From positions 1-62,189 of the forward strand of contig NW_021832429.1 of assembly GCF_006345805.1 (NCBI RefSeq): a stretch of DNA of 62,189 nt. Reading direction: 5' to 3'. Position 1 is the first letter of the stretch; every line of letters starts with the position of its first letter. The translations under genes were made by a program, and so were the position numbers. This DNA comes from Octopus sinensis (taxonomy: Eukaryota). Of this stretch, positions 1 to 13,890 are shown piece by piece. The notes beneath the pieces were generated by a model. It saw only the letters and a list, made by a program, of their open reading frames with translations. It was not told the DNA's origin and searched no databases.

Positions 1-1112
1 GGCAAATTTACTAGTTAACTGTGAAAAGAATTGTAAGATAGACTGCAATGTTCTTATTAAAAATAGAAATATTCCCGAGGCTTTTTCTCTGTTGGTTAAA
101 CATTTTTTTTCAGTCGCGTAACATTCGTTATTAGATAGTGAGTCAAAAAAAAAATAGAGAGAGAGAAAGAGATATATATAGAGAAAAAAATCTGTCTTCT
201 CTACCACGCAGACAAGTTATAGTTTACTTATGGTATCATTTTCGTCTTGATTTTCTTGTTGAGGTTAGGAGTGTATGTTGTTTCTAACCTTTGACATTAC
301 ACTACTCATTGCACTATATTACCGATATTTATTTTATAACCTATAAGTAGGCGGGCTACACGTAAGAGTCAAATGTTCGACAGTAGATGCCATAAATCAA
401 TGGGTATGGCAATTAATTTATTGAGTCATAAAAGACTGGTGAGTGAAACAAGCTTTGTTGACAAGACAAGAACTAGAAAGCAGCATATTATGAAGTTAGA
501 CTCCATTGTCGTTTCGTTTCTAATAAACACTCTTAATGTGACATTTGTCGAATGAAACACAGTTAGGATTGATGACTAAGAGTAAAAGAGGAGTTGGTAG
601 ATAATTAGTTAGTTCAGAGAAACTTGAACTGTTGTGGTATCAGTAGGAGAGATAAACGAAAGACCTTAGTACTTCAGCGGACTTGTGGTTGTAACGCATC
701 GATGAGCAAAGATTTGCTAATCTATAAGGTGGAATCTTTTGAAGGCGGTCTACTACATTTACCGATATACGAGGCCAAAATTTACAACCGAAAAAAGGTA
801 GGTCGATTTATATACCAAAAAACCCTTTGAAGGACCGAACATTCCATGCGAAATGCTGCAGGATTTGAAAAGATAGTGACAGTTCTTAAATGTTTGCACT
901 GCGTATTTACACCACCAGTTTACACTATATACTATCCCGACATGTATGCCGGAAAACACATTAAAATGTTTGCACATGTAGCAGTTACTCCGGCTCCGAC
1001 ATATAAATAGTTCGCCTTATACGGTAATGAAGGACTTTCTGGTTCTAAACAGGTCCAGCTAAATGTATTTGGAGGTTGCTTAAACACATAGGCTCCACCG
1101 AAAGTACAGATT

Positions 1113-1425
1113 GTGGGGGCGAATGGCCTAGTGGTTAGGGCAGCGGACTCGCGGTCGGAGGATCGCGGTTTCGATTCCCAGACCGGACGTTGTGTGTGTT
1201 TATTGAGCGAAAACACCTAAAAGCTCCACGAGGCTCCGGCAGGGAGGTGGTGGTGACTCCTGTTGTACTCTTTTGCCACAACTTTCTTTCACTCTCTCTT
1301 TCTGCTTCTTGGGTAACGCTGCGATGGACTGGTGTCCTGTCCAGCTGGGGGGGAACACATACGCCACAGAAACCGGGAAACCGGCCCATGAGCCTGGCTA
1401 GGCTTGAAAAGGGCGAAAAGAAGAA
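1113..1425 (+). mobile_element. tRNA-derived SINE, family B head with V/Meta-like tail
   Basis: A-box tggcctagtggttag, B-box ggtttcgattccc, shared core tgtttattgagcgaaaacacctaaaagctccacgaggctccggc; tail gctgcgatggactggtgtcctgtccag...gaaaccgg. Confidence 0.8.
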
Positions 1426-2425
1426 AAGTACAAATTGCAAAAAAAAAAAAAAGCGAGAAAATAATCCTTTCTACTATAGGCACAAGGCCTGAAATTTGGG
1501 GGAGAGAAATAGTCGATTACATCGACTCCAGTGTTCAACGGGTACTTATTTTATCGATACAGAAAGGATGAAAAACATTTCAACTCAGAACGTAAGGACG
1601 GACGAAATACTGCTAAGCATTTTGCAGTAAAGAAATAAGAAATAAAAAAATTAGAAGAGGTACCCGAGAAGAGGTGCCTATGAATAGTGGGCGGAGAAGA
1701 TCGATGGTTACATAGATAGATCAGATAATCTACATACATAACTTTCTTCTTATATTTTACTTCCCGTACTTTTACGCAAGCGAACTTACACGCCATACGC
1801 GCATTCATAGATACATATTCAAGCAAAAACCATACACATCATACACAATACATACAGAAACATGAAGCAGATACAATAAAACTGCAAAAGAATTGGAATG
1901 GTTGAAAAGCACTCGAAAAGTCAAGAGTGCCAAATTGTTATTCGGAAGCATCACTAACAATTTATGAGAATTCCTGAAAAATCACAATGGGTAGGTATGA
2001 AAGAAGAAGAAGAAGATGGAGGAAAAAATAGTAAACTAGGTTTTGTTATTCAACGAATAATCTGCTCTCCTTATACATAAGTATATCTACAATATATATA
2101 GGTATGTGTGTGTGTGTGTGCATTACGTATATGGTAAGTATATAGTTATGTGGTAGTAAGAACTATGCGAATTGGTGAGTGTTGGTTGTTAGTATGCGTT
2201 ATTTTATAGCTCCATAAGAGATATATAAACACCCTCATATACATATATATATGTGTGTATATATATATATCGAGAGAGAGAGAGAGAGAGAGCGGGAGAT
2301 GGAGGGACACATATATATATATATATACACAGATATACATGCATATATTCATATGAAGATATACATATAGGTATTCATATATATCTATATGCATGCATAC
2401 ACCACATACATATGCACATCCACAC

Positions 2426-2426
<1 letters not shown>

Positions 2427-2475
<49 letters not shown>

Positions 2476-2476
2476 G

Positions 2477-2540
<64 letters not shown>
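2427..2540. repeat. (GATA)n tetranucleotide microsatellite
   Basis: Long nearly uninterrupted GATA run. Confidence 0.95.
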
Positions 2541-2546
<6 letters not shown>

Positions 2547-2851
2547 CACGCAAGAGACTGTATTGTCAGAATGAATTTGGTTGCTAATAATTCACAATCG
2601 ATTATAAGATCATAACTGACGCCAAGTATTTATTTGCGTGATATACATTAGCAAGCTGCAAATGCCTTTGTGTTTTTTCACTCAATTATAAAAGTACAAC
2701 TATATATTTCTGCAGTTTAATTGAAGATTATAATTAGAATTACGTTGGTTAATTTTTACATCATGCTGATAAATTCGAATTTATTCAATCGTTGTTTCTT
2801 CAACAAAAATTCTACCAGAAATAGCAGTACATAAACTAGAAGATTATTAGT

Positions 2852-3208
2852 AATAACAAGAGCACTTAGAGAGCGCAAAACTCCACCAAGGCAACATCAA
2901 CGTCTTCTCAACGATTTTTAAAATGAGACTATCTGAAATAAAGTCGTCTGCTCTCACAAACGAGAATACAAAAAAATGAACCCGAGAGCTCTAAAAATTA
3001 AGTAAAAAATAAAACAGGAAAAATAATCCAGAATCTTTGTCCAGTACTGGATCGATACCAAAATCTAATCAGTTCGTGCCAGTCACGAGGCCAAACATCC
3101 TTGAAAGTTTAATCCGAATCCATCCAGCAGTTCTTGAAATATCTTGTCCACGGACAAACAAACGCGACTGAAAACATGACCTCCGCCTTCGCTCTAAGGC
3201 AGAGGTAA
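2852..3208 (+). mobile_element. Non-autonomous Helentron/HINE-like element
   Basis: Starts aacaagagcacttagagagcgca and ends aaacatgacctccgcc-ttcgctctaa-ggcagaggtaa (terminal hairpin), a pattern typical of HINE-type repeats (recalled, not searched). Confidence 0.4.
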
Positions 3209-3438
3209 AAAATAAATAATCTGACAGATATTTGGCGGGTTTTTGTAAAATTTAATATTAAACTGATTAACACACACACACATAGTTGTATCGCTATGCC
3301 AATAAAGAAATATGTACACTTTAATAAATAATTTACTCTGAATGAATAACGTATATAAAAATATAATTCAAATATAAATAAGTTTCTTGAATATATTAAA
3401 ATTTGCAACCATGATGACACTAAGCTAGTACGATAATA

Positions 3439-3820
3439 TATTGGGTTGGTGCGTAATTATTGCGGCTTTTTTTCAATAAATTTTATTCAACAAAAACTAT
3501 AGCAATATTTCGCAAAAGACATCTTTAAATGGCGGTCTGCAAAGCAAATGGGAAGCAGTAATTGAAGTAGATGGTGAATATGGGGAGAATTCAAAAAATA
3601 AAAACCAAAAGATGAAGACAGGTGGTGTAGACAACGAACAGATGTATTAGCATAACGCTCGGAAAGTGAAAACGTCTTTAACGTTTCGAGCCTACGCTCT
3701 TCCACAGAAAGGAACACAGAAAGAAACAAGGAGGGAAAATAAAGAATGTGTAGTGGCTACATGTTGTTACTGTTTTTGTTGAATAAAATTTGTTGAAAAA
3801 AACTCCAATACATGTAATCA
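3439..3820 (+). mobile_element. Internally deleted mariner remnant, interrupted by a Penelope-type repeat
   Basis: TA + TTGGGTTGGTGCGTAATTATTGCGG resembles mariner TIRs. Subterminal inverted repeat ttttttcaataaattttattcaacaaaaac / gtttttgttgaataaaatttgttgaaaaaa. 3537-3581 encodes LQSKWEAVIEVDGEY, like mariner transposase C-termini (LPERWEK....G.Y). Right TIR degraded. Confidence 0.6.
3676..3711 (-). ncRNA. Minimal hammerhead-like motif (core variant CTGTGGA) in a Penelope-type repeat (~3586-3762)
   Basis: Minus strand cttt-CTGTGGA-a-gagc(gtag)gctc-GAAA-cgtt-aaag: same architecture as 38919-38953 with compensatory stem I. Confidence 0.5.
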
Positions 3821-4239
3821 CTTGTCAGAAATGAGCTTATATAGATGAGAAGACTTAAAAGCTTCAACTCCTTCATTACGGGGTAAATGATGTAAACGAT
3901 TTGAAAGATAAGCCGAATTCACAAGAAATGCCAGCAAAAAATGTCTAGAAAGACTGGTGTAAATTTTGAAATATGATCGTCTGATTGAGCTATCCATGAG
4001 ACGTAACATAGCGAATATCCTGAGAAGTACTCTGTATGTGTCTGTCTGTCATGTTATGCTACATAGATAAAATATCAAACTTACAGACACGTTACAAGGT
4101 GAAATGAACACTGTACATGTCAGCATGCATTCATATGCACGTGTGTGTGTGTGTGTGTGTTAAGCATCTACTCCGTGAAAATTCAAGCACAGAAGGACAA
4201 CTTGGAGAATGTTTAATGCCACCATTTTACTATGCCGAG

Positions 4240-4488
4240 CTTCTTTGTGAAGTATATATATATATTATATATATAGGTACATATGTACATATTATATATA
4301 TATATATATATATATAGGTACATATGTACACATATTATATATATATATATAATATATATAATATATATATATATATAACATATATATATAATACATAATA
4401 TACATACATATATATATATACTATATACAGACATATATATATATATATATTATATACATATAATATATATATATTACATTATATATAT

Positions 4489-4521
<33 letters not shown>

Positions 4522-4802
4522 TACATATATATATATTATATATATACATATATATATATATATACATACATCACATATATATATAATATATATACATATA
4601 TACATACATACATACACATATATATATTATATATATATACATATATATATAATATATATATACATACATACATACATTATATATATAATAGACATAATAC
4701 ATACATACATACATATATATATACATATATACATCATAATACATATATTATATATAATATATAATATTATATACATACATACATACATATAATATACATA
4801 TA

Positions 4803-4838
<36 letters not shown>

Positions 4839-4887
4839 TATATACATACATACATATATATTATACATACATATATATATACATACA

Positions 4888-4918
<31 letters not shown>

Positions 4919-4926
4919 CATAATAT

Positions 4927-4957
<31 letters not shown>

Positions 4958-5094
4958 CATATATACATACATATATATATATATATATACATATATACAT
5001 ACATATATACATACATATATATATATATATATACATATATACATACATATATACATACATATATATATATATATATACATATATACATACATAT

Positions 5095-5134
<40 letters not shown>

Positions 5135-5139
5135 TATAT

Positions 5140-5170
<31 letters not shown>

Positions 5171-5270
5171 ATATATACATATATACATACATATATATAT
5201 ATATATATACATATATACATACATATATATATATTATATATATATATATATATATAATATATATATATAC
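4240..5270. repeat. (TA)n/(CATA)n compound microsatellite
   Basis: Direct inspection; source of the IYIY ORFs. Confidence 0.95.
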
Positions 5271-5345
5271 ATGCGTGTGTGTGAATTATAAAATTCTTTC
5301 AGTTGTGGTTACAGAGGTTTAATTACATTACAAATTTACAAAAAT

Positions 5346-5388
<43 letters not shown>

Positions 5389-5897
5389 TTGTGTGTGTGC
5401 GTATAAATTTCAGGGTTTGTGTGTGTGTGTGTAGATTTCCGGTGGTGTGGGTGTGGTGTGTGTCTTCAAAACCAAACGATCACAATTTGATGATGGATGG
5501 TTAACCGCAATTTCTAGACAATTCTCAAGAATTTCGTTGCAGAAATTAACACGAGACTCTACTAAAAAACAGAAAGTAGTTGAGTGATCCTCCAATTTAA
5601 TTTAACACGCTTACAACCACCCACCCATACATACACCACACACACACACGTGTATGTGTATGTGTGTGTGTGTGAGGGAGAGAGAAAAAACGAGGCATAA
5701 CAAACATATATTCAGAAAAAAATAAAAGTCCGTGTGTGTATACATTTAGATGTGTGTATGTGTACGTGCTTGTTTTTTTATTTATATTTTATTTTATTTT
5801 CCTGTGCGAGCTTCTTCAGTTTTATTATCAGATAGATAACATTCATAATTAGGGAAGATAAAAGTTTCTAAAGGCGTTCCTTTTGTTTTTTACCATC

Positions 5898-5953
<56 letters not shown>

Positions 5954-6954
5954 TAATAATAATCAAAATATTTAAAATATTTATTGTTTCTTTTCCTTTT
6001 GCTTTTGGTTTTTAACCAAAAGTGAAGGAAATACCCATGACCCTTTTTAGGGTCTTCATGATCGGTGGGAAGAAGGGAAAAGGTGTGTTGGAACTGGAGA
6101 CCTGATCTGAATGGCTGAATGCTTGCAATAGAGAGGACTCTACTGAAGATGCTGAAGGTTCTAGATGATGGTGATAAAGGCAGATGATGGATCAAGGCTA
6201 CCATCCAACAAGTTATGGAAAGATTTGCACTCAAGAGTGCATGAATCAGAACAAATAAATACCGTAAACTGCCTAGTCTTATAGTTCCGCCAATCCATCA
6301 TTCTGGATTGGTGGGGCTTGTTCCACTGACCGTGAAAGAATGTACTTCAATAACTGTTCGGATATGTGTTGGAGTTCTTTATTTCTTACACATTTTTGTG
6401 TTACCTTTACAACGAATCTTTGATACTCAAACGCTAAGTTATGACTTGAGACATCTGGCAACGGGTCTCAAGTTCGGGAATTCAATGGTTTTGAAGAGTG
6501 TGGAACTACCGCTTAACCATTAATATTCCAAGGCCTACTCCGACCCGGCGTAGTAGCACCCGTCAGGGGCCCAGCCGTAGGTTCAATTAGCATGTTAATA
6601 AAGTTTAGCAGTGTAGAATGATAATACAAAGCCCCCGAATCAAATCGGACAAGGCCTAGCTAGGCCTCTGGACAAGGCCTAGCACCCAATAATCACCCAT
6701 GTTGGGGTTACGTTGAAATCATGGGATTGCAGTATGGTGGATATGAACTATTTCGCCAGGTGAACTTATTGAGTCAATGGCGAATACCACTCGATGCTGA
6801 GCGGATGAACAATCAACAAATTCTGAATTTAAACAAATGCTTTCAGGGACACAGACGTAGGCATCGACATCAAGTACCGGTTCAGTCTTCAACCTCGGTA
6901 GGCTCAAAGCGAAAACCAAGGTTTCAGTATTTACTTATTTACTGTATTTACTTT

Positions 6955-7112
6955 CATGGTCGATGTTGAAGGCTTTCGGTGAGGCTTTCAGTGTGTCCTT
7001 AAAGTGCTTCTTCTGACCGCCTTGTGAGAGCTTTCCAATTTGCAGTTCGCCAAAGAGCAATCTTTTCGGTAATCGATCGTCTGACATGCGAGCTACGTGC
7101 CCTGCCCAGCGG
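6955..7112 (-). mobile_element. RTE-clade LINE fragment (C-terminal region of ORF)
   Basis: Minus strand translates RWAGHVARMSDDRLPKRLLFGELQIGKLSQGGQKKHFKDTLKASPKAFNID, the typical RTE/BovB C-terminal signature. Confidence 0.85.
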
Positions 7113-8344
7113 ATGAACAGTCAACAAACTGTCAACGGCCACGATGAATTAGCTCAATTATCAAACTATTGTTACCATCTGTAGTTATGGTGTGAACAGA
7201 TGAGATATTTCAGTTAATTAAAGACCAACGTGAGCTTTCGGTCTGGACAAGTCCCCCAGCCGAATGATGACGAAGACGACAACTATATAAGTTTTATTGA
7301 AGGTGTGCAGTGGCCAAGATGGTTGAACGCTACGCTAAATGCTTTGCTGTATTTTCTCTCTATTTTCTGAATTCAAACCAATCTTGTATAATAGTTAACT
7401 TTTTCCTGCATAAATTAATCACAGGGTCTTATTCGGGATACAACAGACAAAGGAGCTCTTCAATCAATCCCTCCGGTCATTAACAAAAAACAAAACAACA
7501 AAAAAGGAAGACGTATCCGAAAATGTATTACTAAATATACACTCTGAAAACCAAACAAAACATTAACCCCAAAACGGAACACCTTTTGTCATATATCTGC
7601 TTAATCTATGCTGATTTAGGGTTAAATAACAGCAATAGCAACCATCTACAAATATGAAGCTTTGCGCTAATGTACCAAATCGTAATTATTATTACTAATA
7701 TGATACTAAACCATTTTATGCATCAATTCCTTCGACTGACATTGAGTTGCTTCTGTTGAAGTGATTTTTCTGGGAATATTGATGGAATAACGTTGATTTT
7801 TCTGTTAGAACTAAACTTAGCGGGTCACTACTTTGTCCCTGAAAACAATGGGCCCACACTATTTACATTTTCTTTTTCGGTATTTTCCTTACGTTTGTTT
7901 AAAGCGTATCTGACATGAAAATGAAATTACAACCATGACATACCATAAAAGCATAAGTACCAGGCAAAAATAATATTGTCTTTTCTCCTCTTGTTTGTTA
8001 GTCGCGTGATATATCGCCTGTTCTTTCCATCTGGTTATGTAATAGAGTGTATCGTCTGATAATTGTATCTATCTATTTCAGTTGTGTGTGTGTATATATA
8101 TATATATATATGTATGTATATGTACACGTGTGATTCTCAATCTCTTTATTTCATTAGCTACATTTCTCACGCCTTCGCTTTCAGTGGTCCATTACAATCC
8201 CTTATTTTCTTTACTTTCACCCTTTCTCTTTTTCCGGTTTCTGGACACACACACACACACACACACACACAGATCACGTACACTCATCTGATTTTATATA
8301 TTACAATGCAGGAATACTGAAAAGCAATACTGCAAGGTGTTTGG

Positions 8345-8588
8345 TTTATATATATATATACATATACATATATATATACATATATATATACATATACATT
8401 GTATATTAATATATTAACATACATATAGATACAATATATATACATATACATCTATATATATATATACATATATATATATATAAATATATAATATTATATA
8501 TATATATACATATACATATGTATATATATATATATACATATATATATATGTATATATATATATATACATATATATATACATATACATA

Positions 8589-8620
<32 letters not shown>

Positions 8621-8699
8621 ATACATTATATATCTATATAACATTAATATGTATAATCTATATATATACATATATATATATGTATATATATATATATAC

Positions 8700-8730
<31 letters not shown>

Positions 8731-9248
8731 CATATAATATATACATATATATATATAATACATATATATATACATATAGATATATATATATACATATACA
8801 TATATATATATATATATAACATATATATATATATTATATATACATATATATATTATATATATACATATACATATGTATATTATATATATAACATATAGAA
8901 TATATACATATATATATATATATATTAACATATATATATATACATATATATCTTATATATATATACATATATATATATACATATATATATATACATAACT
9001 TATATATATATACACATATATATATATACATATATATATATACCTATATACATAGTATATATATACATATACATATATACATATAAATATACATATATAT
9101 ATATACATATATATATATACATATTATATACATATACATATACATACATATATATATATACAATAATATATATATACATATATATATATACATATATATA
9201 CATATATATATACATATATATACACATATATATACATATGTATACACC

Positions 9249-9285
<37 letters not shown>

Positions 9286-9378
9286 CACATATATATATAT
9301 ACATATATATACATATATATACATACATATATATACATATATATACATATATACATTTATATACATATATATATATAA
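8345..9378. repeat. (TA)n/(CATA)n compound microsatellite
   Basis: Direct inspection. Confidence 0.95.
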
Positions 9379-9381
9379 ACC

Positions 9382-9660
9382 AAACTGATAATTATAACAT
9401 ACATACATATAGCATATTATTCTTTACATATAAGATATACGGTACAAAATATAGTAATATATAATACCAGTAATTATTATAAAAAACATGAATATAAATT
9501 GGTAAAATAACTTATATATATTAGCTGTAAGTTATTTTACCAATTTGTATTCATGTTTTTTAATAATAATTACGGATATCCTTGTATATTACTATATTTA
9601 ATATCTTATATGTAAAGAGTAATATGCTATATGTATGCATGTTATTATAATAATCAGTTT
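9382..9660. repeat. AT-rich imperfect palindrome (~130-bp arms), foldback element
   Basis: aaaaaacatgaatataaattggtaaaataactta / taagttattttaccaatttgtattcatgtttttt at the core, with pairing continuing to both ends. Confidence 0.75.
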
Positions 9661-9737
9661 AATAAATAAATAAGTTAACATTTTTAATGTCGAAAAGTTG
9701 ATGAACCACCTATTGTTCTCCTCCATTTTCTTATTTG

Positions 9738-9813
<76 letters not shown>

Positions 9814-11131
9814 TGATACACATATTCACACACACACACATAAAGGCATAACTCAACTTGCGCCGGTAATTAGTTGTAAGACATGCAATTTTTGGCTCGA
9901 CAATAGACATGACACGAAAAATATTTTGGAAAAATTTAGTAGCCTAAATCGGTTTAATAAATGATTTGTATTAATTTTCACATCTATTTTATATGATTTT
10001 CCACTTTCGGAGATTTTATAATTCTTATGTTTTAAGTATAGCTGCTGAAACCAACGTACAGTCGGATAAATCTGTTGAAATTGGGGTCTATTTTTCCCAC
10101 TAATTTCTTTTAAAAAATACGACGTAAAGTCGAAAATGACATTATCCGAAACGACGTAAGTTAAAGTATACCTGTACCTACATATATACAAACAAATATG
10201 TATGCGAGCGCATGCGTGTGTGTGTGAGCCTGGTGGTGGCTTAGCTGACTGAAACTTCGAAGTCACTATTGTTGTTGAAGAATAATAAATTTTTACGCTA
10301 CAAAGGTATGGAGTCACCATTAAGGCAAATGTTAAAATTGATTTTATTTAACTAAACACACACACACACACATATGTATATGTATATATTGCCCGGGTGT
10401 CGAAATCATAATGATATCCGTTTGGCAGCCGATGAAGGAAAGACGCATTCATCATGCTTGATTGATGCGCTATTCATAGAATAAGATTGCAATATTTACG
10501 GAGTAATTCAGACACATATAATCTTCAAATAATTCTCAAGTATAATCGACGAGGTACAATTTCACAAAGCTGGGACTTCGAATGATATGTGCTGTCCAGC
10601 TAATGAACGGGTTTCTGTACAGTTTTCGGCAACTGAAATTAATTCACAAGCTCATATGCGTGTATGTGTGTGTGTGAGAGACAGAAAGAGGAAAAAAAGA
10701 GAGAGAGATAGATAGATAAGAGAGAGAGAGAGAGATAGAGATAGTGTGTGTGTATTTATTGCTAAATGATTAGGAAATATACTTCGTAACCACAAAGCTC
10801 CAGGTTCGATCTCAATGCGTAGCATCGTGGGCAAATATTTCGATAGGCTCAGATCTGTTCATATCTTGTGAGTGAAATTAGGTAGAGGGGAAACTGCATA
10901 GAAGCCCGTTCAGTTTAGCAGACTGTGTAATTTCTGTAAGTACTGTTTTCTCACACAATGTGCCGTGCTGAATCTTGCTGTGAACAACATTAGGGTAACC
11001 CCGCGAATTACGTTCAGGGTACAATGTCTAGCCACTCATACGTGGATTATCACAAGAGCAGATAATCTAGTTGATTGAACAGCTGAATCCTGATCGTCGG
11101 ACAACGGAAATCCCTCACCATGGAGATATTT

Positions 11132-11168
<37 letters not shown>

Positions 11169-11460
11169 TAGTATATATTTCTTTACCACCCACAAGGGGC
11201 TAAACACAGAACACAGAGGGGACAAACAAGGATTAAGTCGATTATATCGACCCCAGTGCGTAACTGGTACTTATTTTATCGACCCAGAAAGGATGAAAGG
11301 CAAAGTCGACCTCGGCGGAATTTGAACTCAGAACGTAACGGCAGACGAAATACGGCTACGCATTTCGCCCGGCGTGCTAACGTTTCTGCCAGCTCGTATA
11401 AGAGTGGTAAGAAAGCTTAGAGAGAAATAAACCCTGGTGAACAGAAAAAAAAGTGAGTAC

Positions 11461-11662
11461 ATGGCCTAGTGGTTAGGGCAGCGGACTCGCGGTCGCAGGA
11501 TCGAGGTTTCGATTCTCAGACTGGGCGTTGTGTGTGTTTATTGAGCGAAAACACCTAAGAGCTCTACGAGGCTCTGGCAGGGGGTGGTGATCCCTGCTGT
11601 ACTCTTTCACCACAATGGCGGTGCCCCAGCATGGCCACAGCTCAAGAGCTGAAACTGGAAAA
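11461..11662 (+). mobile_element. SINE family B head joined to LINE-type tail
   Basis: Same head and core, then aatggcggtgccccagcatggccacagctc..gctgaaac. Confidence 0.75.
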
Positions 11663-11993
11663 ACAAAAAACAAAAAAAAAAAAAAGTGAGTACAAGAATG
11701 CATGACCAAAGGTAGGCGGGAAATAAAGCACGGGTGCATTGCAGCGTTTGCAGAGTTCAAAAGATAGGTCGGGTAGAATTTGTTCGCACAGATGCCGCAG
11801 ACAGAAGCTAGAGGAGAAGCTTTCTCAAGAATAGAACATTCTTCGGGATTGCCTCCACTACCGACGTCAGAGGGGCACGAATGCGTGCAATGGTAACGTA
11901 GGAGTGTTTTACAAGAGGTTTTTACTTCCTCCATTTTTAGAAGACGATAGGAAAGTACTCCGATTCCCATGATAATAGATACAGTCACTCGTG

Positions 11994-12027
<34 letters not shown>

Positions 12028-12028
<1 letters not shown>

Positions 12029-12428
12029 TCTTTACTCTTTACTCTTTACTGTTGTTTCAGTCATTTGACTGCGGCCATGCTGGAGCCACCGCCTTTAGTC
12101 GAGCAAATCGACCCCGGGACTTATTCTTTGTAAGCCCAGTACTTATTCTATCGGTCTCTTTTGCCGAACCGCTAAGTGACGGGGACGTAAACACACCAGC
12201 ATCGGTTGTCAAGCGATTTGGGGGGACAACACACAGACACAAAACACACATATACATATATACGACGGGCTTCTTTCAGTTTTCCGTCTACCAAATCCAC
12301 TCACAAGATCTGGTCGGCCCGGGGCTGTAGCAGAAGACACTTGCCCAAGATGCCACGCAGTGAGACTGAACCCAGAACCATGTGGTTGGTTAGCAGCTAC
12401 TTACCACACAGCCACTCCTGCGCCTATA
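12028..12428 (-). mobile_element. SINE family C (tRNA head, ttgggcaagtgtcttc core, internal (TA/CA)n, tail ggcggtgctccagcatggccgcagtcaaatgactgaaac + (GAGTAAA)n)
   Basis: Near-identical to copies at 42575-42968(-), 43146-43535(+), 48695-49088(-), split copy 56030-56225/56859-57025(-) and partial copy 32995-33205(+). Confidence 0.85.
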
Positions 12429-12463
12429 TATTATATATATATATATTATATATATATATATTA

Positions 12464-12495
<32 letters not shown>

Positions 12496-12653
12496 CTATA
12501 TATATATATTATATATATATATATATATATAATCACCAAAAATTAATTTACGAAGGTGTCATTAATTCTACTATTATCCAATGTAACTATTTTAAAAATG
12601 ATAATAACAGATCAATGACACAGGCGATAGCAGGCCCAAAAAAATAGCATTAA

Positions 12654-12868
12654 ATAGTCGAAGGATTAAAATTAATCAAAGGACATTCTAAGTATGTCTA
12701 CCTGCTAGAAATAACAGTCAAAACTCTTATTACACCTGACTTTGCCTTCGTTTGATTTCTGTAGTTTTCATCAGTGTTTTTTTGGGGCGATTTAATAAAA
12801 GTTTTGACTGTTATTTCTAGCAGGTAGACATACTTAGTATGTCCTTTGATTAATTTTAATCCCTCGGC

Positions 12869-12871
<3 letters not shown>
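12654..12871. mobile_element. Foldback/MITE-like element with ~78-bp inverted arms
   Basis: ggattaaaattaatcaaaggacat..taagtatgtctacctgctagaaataacagtcaaaac is mirrored at 12793-12871. Confidence 0.75.
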
Positions 12872-12899
<28 letters not shown>

Positions 12900-13108
12900 T
12901 ATTCTTTTTATATTTGTTTCGTTCGTTTGACAGCGGCCATGCTGGAGCACAGCTTTTAGTCGCGATAATATCCATACTTTTCAATTGGTCACGCTTGGGA
13001 ATCCAGCCGGAAACTCTAATAACGTTCGTTTCTTATGGATCCTACAGAGGAGGTGTTTGAAAATTCTTTCCCAACTGCAACTCCCCCAAGAACAGCGGCG
13101 AAGAAGAT

Positions 13109-13156
<48 letters not shown>

Positions 13157-13497
13157 TGATGGTTAGACGTGCCAAAATGCATAACAAATTACCATACGTC
13201 TTGGGCTTGATATAGAAGCCGTGTTGAACTCTCATAGCGATGTAATATAAAATGGCAAAAATACAGAATTAGGCAATAACTTGATATGAAGAGTTACGTA
13301 AATTTGAACTAAACCAAAAAACCAGTTAGTGATATTTCGAAAAATTTCATTATGTTCGTTTCAATAGCTTGTTTTCTCTGCTCACTGTGTGTATGTGTGT
13401 ATTCTAAGCAATTTTCTCCCTTACAAAACCTAATACATAAACAATTTCATAAATAGTCTAGTTACTGCACCAGATTTCATTACAGGTTTCTCCTCCA

Positions 13498-13548
<51 letters not shown>

Positions 13549-13890
13549 AATGGTATACCGTTATCCTTCGCTGGGTACTTCCTATAATTTGAGAGCTGTA
13601 TATATCCAAATATTTCTAAAACTATTCCAAATATTTTCAAAATATCACCACCACCAAAACCACAACTACCATCCGCACCAAAGAGAAAAAAAAACTAGCT
13701 GAATCACTAAAGGTGAGTACGACCAACAAAAGCTGTAGTTATAATACTTAATTACATATCCGCAAGGTCGACAATGGGAAGCGGTGTGTCAGATATATAT
13801 AGACCTCGTTATATGATTAGTATCATATTCTATACATATATCAGTTACTGAGAGAGAGAGAGAGAGAGGGGGGGGAGAGACAGACAGAGA

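Noticed and set aside
1113-1190. tRNA genes at SINE heads
   Set aside because: A/B boxes are present but no complete cloverleaf or acceptor stem, and they continue into SINE cores.
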